A stretch of 64,000 bases of DNA from Camelus ferus (Eukaryota), in NCBI RefSeq assembly GCF_009834535.1, contig NC_045697.1:31126001-31190000 (forward strand), in the 5' to 3' direction. The notes under the pieces are model-generated. The model was not told where the DNA came from. It ran no database searches and was given only the letters and a program-made list of their open reading frames with translations. Position numbers and translations under genes: made by a program. Below, one piece after another: positions 13,949-25,424 of this stretch (within the stretch, counting starts at the first letter, position 1; the number at the start of each line of letters is the position of its first letter).

Positions 13949-14846
13949 TTAGAGTAAACCTGTCAATATTTCTTTTAGCATGGGTTTAGTGTTGCTAAAC
14001 TCTTTTAGTTTTTGCTTCTCTGTGAAGATCTTTTATCTCTCCTATTCTAAAGGATAGCCTTGCTGGATAGAGTATTCTAGGCTGTATCTTTTTTTCATTC
14101 AGGACTTTGAATATATCTTGCCACTCCCTTCTGGCCTGTAGTGTTTGTGTAGAGAAATCAGCTAAGAGCCTTATGGGGGTTCCTTTGTAACTTACTCTTT
14201 CTTTTTCTCTTGCTGCCTTTAGGATCATTTCTTTATCCTTGACTCTGGCCATCTTGATTATGATATGTCTTGGTGCGGGTCTGTTTGGGTACTTCCTGTT
14301 TGGGACCCTCTGAGCCTCCTGTACTTGGATATCTGATTCCGTTAGGTTTGGGAAGTTTTCAGTCATGATTTCTTCAAATACCTTTTCAATCCCCTTTGTT
14401 CTTTCTTCCCCTTCTGGAACTCCTATTATGTGTAGATTGGCATGCTTTATATTATCCCATAGGTCCCTTATATTGTTTTCATTGTTTTTTTATTTGTTTT
14501 TCTCTCAGCTGTTCTGATTGGGTGCTTTTTGTTGTCCTGTCTTCTAGGTCACTTAATCTTCCTCTGCATTATCTAGCTTGCTTTGTACAGCCTTTAGGTC
14601 AGCTCTCATCTCAGCAAATGAGTTTACTAATTCTACTTGATTCTTCTTTATAGCTTCTATTTCATTTTTGACATATTTTATATCTTTAAACACTATTTCT
14701 TTTAGTTCCTTCAGTACTTTGATCACTCCTTTTTTGAAATCTTGATCTAGTAGGCCATCAATGTCTATTTCATTGATCATGTTTTCAACGGATTTCTCTT
14801 GATCTTTTGATTGGGAGTGGTTCCTCTGCTTCTTCATATTGCTCAT
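13949..14846 (-). pseudogene. L1 ORF1p, full length but with about 3 frameshifts
   Basis: MSNMKKQRNHSQ... coiled coil, then RDLWDNIKHANLHIIGVPEGEE, ENFPNL, PRHIIIKM, ILKAAREK, ARREW, YPARLSF, ending KEILTGLL* with the stop at 13949-13951. Frames break near 14555, 14490 and 14030. Confidence 0.92.
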
Positions 14847-14849
14847 ATC

Positions 14850-16186
14850 TCTCTGGCACTGTGGTTTAAGGAGTATCAGTTATCTAGTTCTCCTGGAGAC
14901 GGTGTGCTCTTAATGATTTTATCAAGAGGTCTTTGTGTCTTCACCCTGTTTTGCAAACTCAGCTTGCTGTTTCCAGAGGCCCTCTGTTGGAGCCCTTGTC
15001 TGCGCTGCCCCCAGAGGCTGTCGGCTAGCAGATCGTGCCCCCTCCCAACACTGGGTAAGGTGCTGAGCTCTTACCTGGTGGGCGGGCGGGTCACTCCCCC
15101 TCCCGATGCCGCAGTCAGATGCTGCACTTGGGTGAGGCAAGTGGGTGGATCACGCCCCCTCCCAGCACCGTGGTCAGGAGCTGTGTTCCTGCCAGGAAGG
15201 GGGGTGGCCGCCTATCCTCTCCCAGCGCCGGTCGCTCCGCTGCTCTGTGCAGCTGCCCGCTCCGCCTCGGGTCAGCGTTCCGAAGGCGGGCTCGGGGAAG
15301 ACCGTGGAACGGCCCCGCCTCTGCTCCTTGCCAAATCTCAGCTCCTTGTTTGTCTTGGCGGCACAAGTTCTCTGAGGTGCCAGGGCAGAAAGCTCCTATC
15401 TGCCTTGGGCTGTAAACAAGCCTCAGTCCTGCCCAGGAGGTTGCGGAGCCCCCAGGTGCGGATCAGGTCTCGGCCCCGCCCCCGCCCGGGCGCTGCGCAC
15501 AGGAGGAGATGGCGGCTGTGGCTGCACCCCGCCTCTCTTCTCACGAGAAGTGCCAGTAATGGTGGCACAGGTCTGAGGAGACAAAGGCTACGGCACCCCT
15601 CCCCTTAGGGCACACCAGCCGCGTTGCTTTGCTTTTTTCGCAACTTATGGGGGACCGAGGTTGTTCTGCTCCGTATCCCCTCCCAGCCATGGCGCACAGC
15701 CCCCTGCAGTCCCCCAGGGCCGCCTCAGTGCAGCCGCCCCCATCCCCCGCCCTGCTCCAGCGGCCTGTCTTGGCCCCAGCTGCCGGCTTGCGTCTCGGGC
15801 TGGGTGTCATAGGGACCCTTTTTGCCTATTTAACTCAGTTCTAACAGTCAAGGGGTGCTCAGGGCAGATTTGAGCCTCAGAGGCTCCCCCTCTGTCCCGC
15901 TGGCCTCTCTGTTGGAGGGGGGGAACCCAGCTAACGAGCACCAGTCCTCCTTTGCCGCTCCCTCCCCGCGGGAACCGTCCCACACTGTTTTGCTTTTTCT
16001 TCTTTCTTTTTTCCTTTTCTCCTACCAGATTTTTGGCATCTTAGTCTTTTGAAGAGGGTGATGTTCTGTCGGAGTTTGGCAGGTGCTCTGATTGGCTGAG
16101 TAGGTCCGTAGATGTGAGTTTTGGTGTATTTGTGGGAGAGGGTGAGCTACAAGTGTCCTTCTACTCCACCATCTTGCTTCTTTCTC
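14850..16186 (-). promoter_or_regulatory. L1 5'UTR internal promoter, CpG-island-like
   Basis: The most GC- and CpG-rich stretch of the window (15000-15990). YY1-like CAAGATGGTGG at 16166-16176 (minus) and GC boxes (ccccgccccc) near 15474. Confidence 0.75.
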
Positions 16187-18997
16187 CAAACTTTAGTTTC
16201 TTCATTTAAAAAATTGCTGTAATATTTCTTACTTAGCACTAATGATTAAAAGGGCCAATGTCTGTAAACCACTTAACACATCACTATTATCATTATTTTC
16301 AGGATGGCATTAATTTTCAGAAGAAAAGATTCTAAATTAATTGAAAAGTATACTAGAAATATTTCCATAGGTATCTGGGCAGTCTTGGTAAACTATGACA
16401 AACAATAGAATGATTAGTTAATTTCTACTTGCATGGAATTGAATGCAGAATTATATTTAAATAGTAAGAAACTTAACATGTGACATTCTTAGCCAAATAT
16501 CATCAGGAAAAGATTGTTTCCTAAGAATGTTGATATTTAAGGAAATACACTCTTTTTTTTTGTGGACACAAGGGGTTTTATTATAGGCCAAATAATCATT
16601 GGAATGCTCTTGATGGAAAACTATAGGGAATGAGATCTCTGGAATATGTAAATGCAGTGCAGACAGGTCAGGTAGAGACTTACGCTGGTGAATATCCCAG
16701 GTCTCAGGATGGGAGAAATCCAATTTTTCCCTAAAACTTGCGACTAGGCTGAGATCCCCATCCTGCTGCTGGTGCTTAAGAGTAAGGAGGACGTCATTTG
16801 ACTTCCTTGTCCTCGCCAGAGGTTCTTGCTCCTGGGTTCAGCAAGGACAAGGTCAGGTGGAGGGTGGGGATGGGGAACGCTGTGTGTAAGCAGGGGGTTT
16901 TGGCTACTGTCACTGCTCCAGATGTGACACAGGGACCAGAGGGCTCCTCTCACCAGCTACAGGTGGAGCTGTGGGTGGAGCCACGTTAAGTAGCTGCAGT
17001 GAGAAGGATGGAGATGCTCAGCTCCCAGGTTTTCTCTGTTACAGAGCAGAGTCCCCCCCCCCCCACTTAAGTGCTTGGTACACCAGCTGTGCACTAGACC
17101 CCCACGTGTCTTCAAGGGAAGTGATTCTCCTGCCTTTAGGCGCATTGCTTGATGTGAGCAGAGCCTGAGTTTCTTCTGAAACATGGAATCTGCTCCCACA
17201 GTAGTGATGGTGCTGGAATGATCTGGCAGAGGCAGAGCAGATTTCACGTATTTAAGAAGGGTAATGAGACTGTCCTTTCCTGGCCTATGTGTGGTATTCT
17301 AAACAGCGAACCAAGGCACCTGCTAAGATAAGAAGTTTGCTGGGGAGCTGATGAGTGATAGCTGCTCCGGTACGTTCATATTCTTTGGAGTCTCAGGGTA
17401 CATTTTCTTTCATTGAAGAAAAATGTGTCACATATTCTCCTTACTGCTTAGTTCACGTACCAAATTCCCCAGAGGCTTTTCCCATTTTAGCTTAGCTAAC
17501 TCTTAAAAGAAGTAGAATGTAGCAAAAGTAAAATATTGCCAATTATTACTATGTTTTAAGTTTTAATGTTTTGTTTTGTTTTTGTGTTTTCTTTGCTTTG
17601 TTCTCATCACTCTAAGTGGGTCGTGTCTATATTCCTGGCAAAGCCACTGACAAATAAAAGAATATAATCTGCCTGTTTGGGCTACACACGTTCCCTGTAT
17701 CCCTGTGTATTCATCTATCACTGTTTTTAATACAGCAAGTTGACGACCTCAATGGTGATTAAGATGATGTGTGTTATATAAAATAAGCTGAAGTCAATGA
17801 AACCCAGAACGAAAGGCTCCTGAACATCCCACCAGAATTGCCCACCCTGTCTTTAGCAACCTCACCCAACCTTCAAGCTCCAGGACAAATGTCTCCAGCC
17901 TCAGAAAGTCTTCTCTGCCCTCCATAAACACATCTTTTTTTTTTTCTCCATGCTGTGATCTGGCTCATCCTTTTCCTGCACCACTCATTTGGCAGTTATT
18001 TCCCATTCTACATTGTGGATTCCTTGGTTGTGTGCTTAGAAAAAAATACATTGTAACCTCCTAATGCTCAGGACATTTTATTTTTTTAATAAAACAAAAT
18101 TTTATTTCCACCCTTCCCAGCACAAATTGGAACCCAAAATGTATGTTTTGTGTGATGATGTTTCTCCCTGTCTTGTTGATTAGTTGAGCACCTATTCTGT
18201 GCCGGGGATATGATGTGAGAAAGACACAGGTGATCTCCGCCTCTGACTGGAAGTAACTTCTTCCTTCTTCCCCTTTTACAGTTGCATGTTGGGAAGTAGA
18301 GTGGGGGGATATAAGAAGAGGCTGGAAAGGAAAGAAAAGTGGGGTAGTTGAAAGAAACACGATGAGCGTTGGAAAGCACATACATTGTCCCCGTTCTCAT
18401 TTCCACAGTAAAGTTTTAAAAGTTGAAAACACTGGCTCTGGAGTAAGTCCCTGCCTGGGTTCACATACCCACTCTGCTTTCTCTCTGGGTGACCTTGGAA
18501 TTGTTACTTAACCTCACTGAGGCTCAAGTTCTACCTTTAAGAGTCCACAACATCAAATTAGATGAGGTTGGGTGCCTAGCTCACAATACCTGTTTAATTA
18601 CTGTGAATGGGTATTAGTATTATTATGATTATTATTAGCAGCTGTTATCTTTACAGCATGTCCAGGGTTTCTTGGAATAGTGGGGAAGCAGCCCCGGCTG
18701 GGAATTTGCTCAGAGGCTTCCTTTCCCCAGTGGCTGGCTTAGGCTCCCTGAAAAAGTCTGAAGGGTGTGCTGGAACCTTCCATCTCATTTGACAGCTATG
18801 GGCTTCCCAGCTCACCTCCTGCTGGCAGCCGTCCTCTTGACCACAGTTAGCCTTACTAGATGGGAGAATATTCGAAAGAAAGCAATGTCATCTCCTCTTT
18901 GACCTCCTGGTTCAAAGTTTACTTAGATCTGAAGGGAAAAATCCTGTTCAGTATTTTGTGGGTTAAACTTTCTTGGCTAGAACTTTGTTTTCCCAGA

Positions 18998-19004
18998 TAC
19001 TAAC
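18998..19004 (+). promoter_or_regulatory. Branch point TACTAAC for the 66-nt GRXCR1 exon
   Basis: Perfect U2-complementary heptamer with the branch A 43 nt upstream of the exon, and no AG between it and the acceptor. Confidence 0.75.
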
Positions 19005-19045
19005 GAAATGGATTTTCTTTCTCCCCTACCCTCTCTTGTTAATAG

Positions 19046-19111
19046 GGTGCTGAGAAAATTTTGTCAATGAATGAATCAGGAGAACTGCAAGACCTCTTAA
19101 CCAAAATTGAG
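19046..19111 (+). CDS. GRXCR1: GRXCR1 penultimate coding exon (exon 3 in human numbering), end of glutaredoxin-like domain
   Basis: Pyrimidine tract plus taatag acceptor, then 66 nt in phase 0 translating to [22 protein letters not shown], then GAG|gtaatt donor. Matches the recalled human GRXCR1 peptide [22 protein letters not shown] and splices in frame to the exon at 29862. Confidence 0.96.
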
Positions 19112-20299
19112 GTAATTGTGCTTTTAGCAACTTATTTTTAGTAATCAAAATGTTCAACACATTCTGATGATAATTGAGTTTCCCTAATTGAATTTTTCCA
19201 TGCGTGTTCTTAGAAATATGTAACAAGATACGTGTAGCAGCTTTAATTTGCTATCACCTGCCAGTAGGTTTGCTCCAGCTCCAGTGGCTTTAGTGCTAGT
19301 GTGTAACAACCTCGTAGTATTAGGTGGGAACTCCAGGCAGCTTTATCAGAGCCCAATTCTCTGTAACAGAGATGCTGATGAGGTACTTCAAGTCAGGCCA
19401 TTGTCTTGAAGCACATACACAAATTTTCATTTAAATTATTTCATTTTCCCCATGGCCCAACTCATTATTTCTGAAGATTACAGAAAAATTGATTTCTCCC
19501 AAGGTGCACCTTTTAATTTTGTTCCTATACTTATAATGACAACATCTGAGAAATACTTATTTAAATATAGCATATGTCAAATCAGAATGCAACGAGGAAG
19601 CCCTTAATACCTCTCTGCTCAACTATTTTATCAGCCTATTTCTCTCTATGTGTAGGATAAAATATATATATTTTATAGTCTGAACTAGGACACCTTGAGG
19701 GTGAAAAGGGTGCATGGATAATTATTCTGGGACAACAAACATGAACCAAGATGTTCCCCGGTGAACTACGCAAGGTGGTTATGTGGTGTCTGTGTGCCAC
19801 GACCAGCTCTTTTTGGTCCAGTTTCCTTTGCTGACCTTGTTTCTGATTCTCTCCCACTCCTTCCACTCTGTGGTTTATTCCTGCCCTTCCTTTGTGCAAG
19901 CTGCTCTGTCTGCCTAGCCTGCCCCTGTTCCAGTTCCTCATTTCCTCCTACCAGCTTCAGGGCCCACCTGTAGTAACACCTCTTCCCCACATTATTCCTG
20001 ATCGCTCCCAACTTTGAATTCCTGTATCTCTCTTTTTCTTGGGTGCTTATCAAAGTCTTTTAATTTTTGTATTACTTTCCTTTGGGCATTTGGTTTATGC
20101 CCCAAATGAACTCTATGCTCCTTGGTTTTAGGAATCATGTTTTATTCATATTGTAGTCTTGCCCAGAAGGACAAACACAATGAGAGTGTGTACTTGATAA
20201 CCTAAAACTCCTTTTGGCAATAACATCTGTATAGATGGGGTCCCTGTACTTTTGTCCCTTTACTCCAACTCCATGAAGCTATCAATTTGGGTTAATATG

Positions 20300-21780
20300 T
20301 ATCTTTTTAAGTCATTTAACTTGGTTCATATGTATTCTATTCTCTGCACATTTTTATATATTTATACAAATAATGTTACACAATATACCTAATGGTGTTT
20401 CAAACTATTTTCTCTAGGCACTTGTGTTTAAGAGCCATCTATGTTGCTATGTGAACATTGAATCCATTTCTTGTATCTGCTGCATACTTCTCTATGATGG
20501 TGCTGTTGAATAGAACTTTCTTTGATGGTGGAAATGTTTTATATCTGTCCTAACCAAAATAGTAGTCACTGGCTGCATATGGCTATTGAGCACTTAAAGT
20601 GTGGCTAATGTGACTGAAGAACTGAATTTTTAATTTTGTTTAATTTTACTTGATTTAAATTTAAATTCAAATAACCATGTCTGGCTAATGGCTCCTGTTT
20701 TGGACAGAGCAGCTCCGTGAAGCCCACCCACTATTTTTTATCTACCCACCTTCCCCAGATGCCTTCCAATTCCTCTCTCAAACAAACAATGCTGTAAGGA
20801 ACAGCCTTGAACATGTTCCTTTGTGGATTTCTCTGAGAGTAGAAATTGCTGGATAACAGCTTATGTACCTCCTGAGCTCTTCAGGTAGTGCCAGATGGCT
20901 CTCCATTATAGTTGTACGGTTATGAACACTCCCTCCTGAAGAGAAAGGGATGTCATGTGTTCCCACATTCTTGACAATATTTTACGTTGTTCTCTAATTT
21001 CTGCCAGGGTAGAAGGTATAGAGGTACATTGCCTTATCATTTTATGTTTTTCTGATTACCATGGGGTTTGGGCATTTCAGTGTATGCTTTTTAAATTTTC
21101 ACATTTCTTCTTCTTTAAGATGTGTATTCTCATCCTTGCCCATTAAACGCCTTGGAATTGTCTTTTTGTTGTTGTTGATGATGATTTTTAGAAGATCCTT
21201 CTATACTCTGGGTATTAACTTTTTGTTGATTTTAGCCATTGTCAGTATTTCCTTCTCTCTCTTCAGTTTCTTTCATGGTGTCCTTCATCCAACAGAAATC
21301 CTCTGATATAATCAAATCCACCACTTTTCCTTATGCTTTGTGCTTCTGAGTTTTATTTATGAAGTATCCTTCTGTCTTAAGGTCACAGAGATATTATACT
21401 ACATTTTCTTCTATTAAGTTTATAATTTTCACATCTGGTTCTTTTGTTCATGTAGAATCCATTTCTATTATCTTATGTACGGTGAATTAGCTTCAACATC
21501 ATCAATTAAATAATCTATTATTTCCTATTGCTTGTTATTTCCAATTTCATATTATAGGAAATCTCCATATCTACTTGGGTCTTTTAGCTTTCTAATCATT
21601 CCATCAATGTATTTGTTTTGTGTTGTACCTGGTATCATACTGTTTTTATTTCTATGGTTTAATAGTATCTTTTAGAGTCTTATACAGTGAATGTCCCTCA
21701 TTACTCTTCTTTTTAAAGATTGATGACTGATTTAGCTATACATGGACTTTATTTTTGAATCTATAATTCCTCAATTCTGC
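20300..21780 (-). mobile_element. Ancient L1 (L1ME-like) remnant interrupted by MER3
   Basis: Degenerate antisense ORF2/3'UTR motifs (ccatctatgttgct, acaaacaatgctg, agtagaaattgctggat, cttcaacatcatc). Confidence 0.65.
20498..20712. mobile_element. MER3 (hAT-Charlie MITE)
   Basis: tgctgttgaatagaactttc...tggctattgagcactt...aactgaatttttaatttt...ttggacagagcag. Confidence 0.85.
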
Positions 21781-24700
21781 AACTTGATTAACACCACCAT
21801 GCTATATATTAACATAACCTCTCTCTTTTCCTCATCTCAAAGAGTTTTGGAAAGGAGATTATATTCTCTTCATTAAGTCTGTCTCAATTCTACAGATGAC
21901 ATAAATAAGCCACAAACATTTAAGACTGTTCTTAATGTTGAAAAGAATGGTATGATACTGGCTTCTACCATTAGTAGGAATTGGAAGGTGCTATAACTCT
22001 GTTGGACTGCTTTGCCCATACAACAAAACTAGAGAATTTGCAGCCGTCCAAAAAAGCCCTACTCTGCCTGTGAGGGTGCTGGGGTTTAAAGCAAGTCAAC
22101 CCAGGCAAAGGTATTAGCCCTGGAGAAGCAGTTGGAAGAACCAAGAAAGTGGAAAAGACAAGATTCAGATCCAAAACTCATTCTTGGCTTTTGGCAATGA
22201 AGCAGGGTTAAGTATTCCTGAGGCAGGAAACACTGGAGTCTTTACTAAATGAAAAGTAATATTCTTGGCATTGTATGTATTAAGTTATTGAAACCTTGCA
22301 ATAATTCTCCAAGATGTGTTCTGTTATTACTCTTGCTTTACCGATAAGGGAATGGAGGCAGAGAATTAATTCATTTGCTCAAGACCTTACAGAGAGTGTT
22401 TGATTCATGGTTCTAATCAGTCTACTCCATGATCTTAACCACGAATCTATGCTGCTGTCACTCTCAAATTAACTGATGTAGGTATCTGGGAAATTTGATC
22501 ATACGTGGCAGAAACCAAGACCCAGGTGAGGTGTTTACTGGGAGGTAGAGAGAGTACTAGGACCAGGGAACAAACTGGATTTTAACACTTGGCTCTTATA
22601 CTAGTAGTGGCATCATGGAAGATGGGTAAATTGACAATAACTTCAGAGAGAAACCAGACAGCTCCTACCAAAATCTAATTTGCTGTTACTTGGGTGCTGC
22701 CTCCTAGACTTTAACTGCCCTGGTCTTTGTAATTCAAGCCCCAGTTTTCAGCAGTTATAATGGAGAGGAAAGAGGCTTAGCAGTTACAATTAAGTTATCA
22801 GACATGGTATCAGCAAATCATTTCAAGTTCTCTGGCCCAAGAATTCTAGTACACATCCCACACAAGTGAAAGCTGCTCCGGGAAGCTGAGTGGGCCTGGC
22901 TCACTGATGAAGATTGTCAGTGGCCTCAACATCAGGAGGCAGCAGAAGCTGGTGAAATATGGCAGTAGCTGGTATGAGACTTGGGTGCAACAAGGCTAGC
23001 TGCACCGGTGGGGATTCTGCTCCTGAAGCAGTTTGCCAGGGATCCTCCCAATAAAGTATGAGCTCCATGTGGACCCAGATTCTCGTCTGTTTTGTTCTGT
23101 TCTTCACCTCTAGAGCCTAGGATAGGAACTGGGAAATCATGGGCACCTAATAAACATTCGTGGAGTGAGTAGATGAATGAATCTTCTTTCATCCCACGTG
23201 TTTTTTTTTTTTTTTTTGAGAAGGCAAAGCAGTTACTTGATGAAAAAGAAGAGAAAAGGAATTATTTTATGCAAGAGAATGCTTGAATGAAAAGAGTGAA
23301 TAAAAACACCATTTGGGGGTAAATTTTATTTATTTATGTATTTATTCACATTACTAAGCAAGCTAAAGAGCAAAAGCGAAGAGGTGTCTAAAGATTCCCC
23401 CCAGACAATAACCAAGATGGCAGCTGATCCTGCTGATGCCCACACAGAGACCAGACGCACCCTGAGATATATTAGAAATGTATTGGCAGGTACTGGATTA
23501 AAGATCTCAGATGGTAGAGAAACTCTAAGTAAGCTTTGGATTTGCTATTTTTTTAAAACATAAGCAAACATTTTGTTGTCATTGCTAGTGAGGTTACCAA
23601 CATAGTGTCCAGTTTCTGTAATTTTTTTCTTTTAAAGTCTGATTTGTTTTTCATGAAGAACAGGGGTAAGATTTCCAGCTTCACGCTGAGGATGCTGGCC
23701 ATGGCTCTGGCTGTCTGAGCAGGGCACTGGAGCTATCAGAGACTGTCCTGACCCTCCCTGGAGAGCACCACTGAAGGTGATGTTCCTTCTCCGTGGGGTG
23801 TGTGGCCACGGCACGTTCAGAGACTACAGCAGCAGAGTACCACCTACTCACCTGGGAAATCAGGCCATGCTGCCTCTCTCTGAAATTGGAACATCTTTTT
23901 AAGTAAGATTGTGGCAGTATTCCTGCTGGGTCAGTACTCAGACTCATCCATCAGACTTACACACACTTAGGAATATAAGCAACACATTTCCTCTGGGTCA
24001 GCATTTTGTTCAGGGGCTTCTTTCCCAACTCTATGAATTGAGGATGCTAGAAATCCTAATTATCAGGAAACAGTGCTTATTAACAGCTTGGTCAGACAGA
24101 GAGGTGTTTATTAGGCACTTAATGAGAATTTGCTGAATTAAATTGTTGAATACAGTTTAAAACAAAATACATAGAGGTGAATCTTCCAGAGGTGGGATTA
24201 TATGCCAAGTGTGTAGTCTTTGACAATCTGCTCCACCAAGTAAGTCTGCCTCACAGACAATCTAGACGATGGGGTTTATGGTCACAGAGACTCAGATACG
24301 TTGCTTCCTGTTTGGCAGAATACTTAAGAGACTTTGTAGCTCTTCTAAAGTAAGATTGGATGATCTGCGGTTAAAAATAAGAAGTGCAATCATTTCTTGA
24401 TCTTGAAGAAGACTCTGAAGACTCTTGATCTTAGCATCCTCGTTCTATGGTAGATAACAGCAAAAACTCTTTATATTGATGACATTTGAATTTGTGATAC
24501 AAAGGAAATCCATTGGACAGTAATTCATGAACTCCACCCTTGTTCCCTCATCCCCTTGATCCTCCATTAGAGACACAGGAATTCTTGTGTGCTTCATTTC
24601 AATGACTGCAGTATGGAGTGGCCTTTCCAAAGATCACAAATCAGTTTTCTAAAATAAAATTAATATATAAATACTAAAAGCAACATTGTCATTTTTAAAG

Positions 24701-25299
24701 GGACCCACAAACAGACCAAGGCCATCCTAAAATAATGTCGTCAGAATCTCTACAATGCTATGAGGTCTGCTTTGCACTTGAAGAGTTGTTGAGAAGATTT
24801 GATGAGTTAACTCATGTAAAGTGAATAAAGCATTGCCTGGTACATAGTAGCCACTTAATATGATTGTTAGTCATTATTTCAGTAATAAATCTTTATTTTT
24901 AGCTGAGAGGAAATAAAGAGAACAAGGAAGTCTCTGGTGTACTGCTATATCTTCTATGCCTCGCACAGTGCCTGGTAATGTGGATATATTTTTGGAATAA
25001 ACCCACTATATATTTATTTTTTAAAAGTCCCTTGCAATCTACCTCAATAAAGTCAATAAAATAAACAGACAAAAAAGTGCTTCACCAAACATATATGAAC
25101 AGAAACAGGTAAAAGAGGATGCTTTCTTACTCCTTTTTTCTTGAACTCCACCCCAAAAGGACTGCCTCTGCCCAAACCACTCTTCAGACGAGGGACATTC
25201 CATAGATTCAGTACTTTCTAGGGTGCTATTTTCAACCAAGTCCGCATGGGTTCTGGCTTTACTGGACACCAGGACACTGAATAGCTACCCTAGATTTCT

Positions 25300-25424
25300 T
25301 TTTTTTTTTTATTTTAAGTTTTTGAGGGGAGGGGAGGTAATTCATTTTATTTATTTATTTACTTTTAATGGATGTACTGGGGGTTGAACCCAGGATCTCT
25401 TCCACTGAGATATAACTTACCCCT
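25300..25424 (-). mobile_element. tRNA-derived camelid SINE with internal deletion
   Basis: 15-bp TSD CTACCCTAGATTTCT at 25285-25299 and 25425-25439, poly-T tail, B box gggttcaacccc on the minus strand. Confidence 0.88.

Larger units (their letters stand above)
13105..16186 (-). mobile_element. Internally deleted L1 (5'UTR + ORF1 + partial spacer + ORF2 tail + 3'UTR + A tail), inserted into a MIR
   Basis: 16-bp TSD CAAACTTTAGTTTCTT at 13089-13104 and 16187-16202. L1-type 5' start GAGAAAGAAGCAAGATGGTGGAGTAG on the minus strand, recognisable ORF1p and ORF2p C-terminal peptides, T-rich tail at the left end. Confidence 0.93.
1..19045 (+). other. GRXCR1: GRXCR1 intron (3' part of intron 2); upstream exons lie outside the window
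   Basis: Ends at the acceptor of the 66-nt exon. I recognised no further GRXCR1 peptide upstream within the window. Confidence 0.8.

Noticed and set aside
23846..23882. Perfect minus-strand donor CAG|GTGAGT with a possible 28-nt exon
   Set aside because: Weak acceptor and no partner exons or promoter seen; such 9-mers occur by chance in 64 kb.
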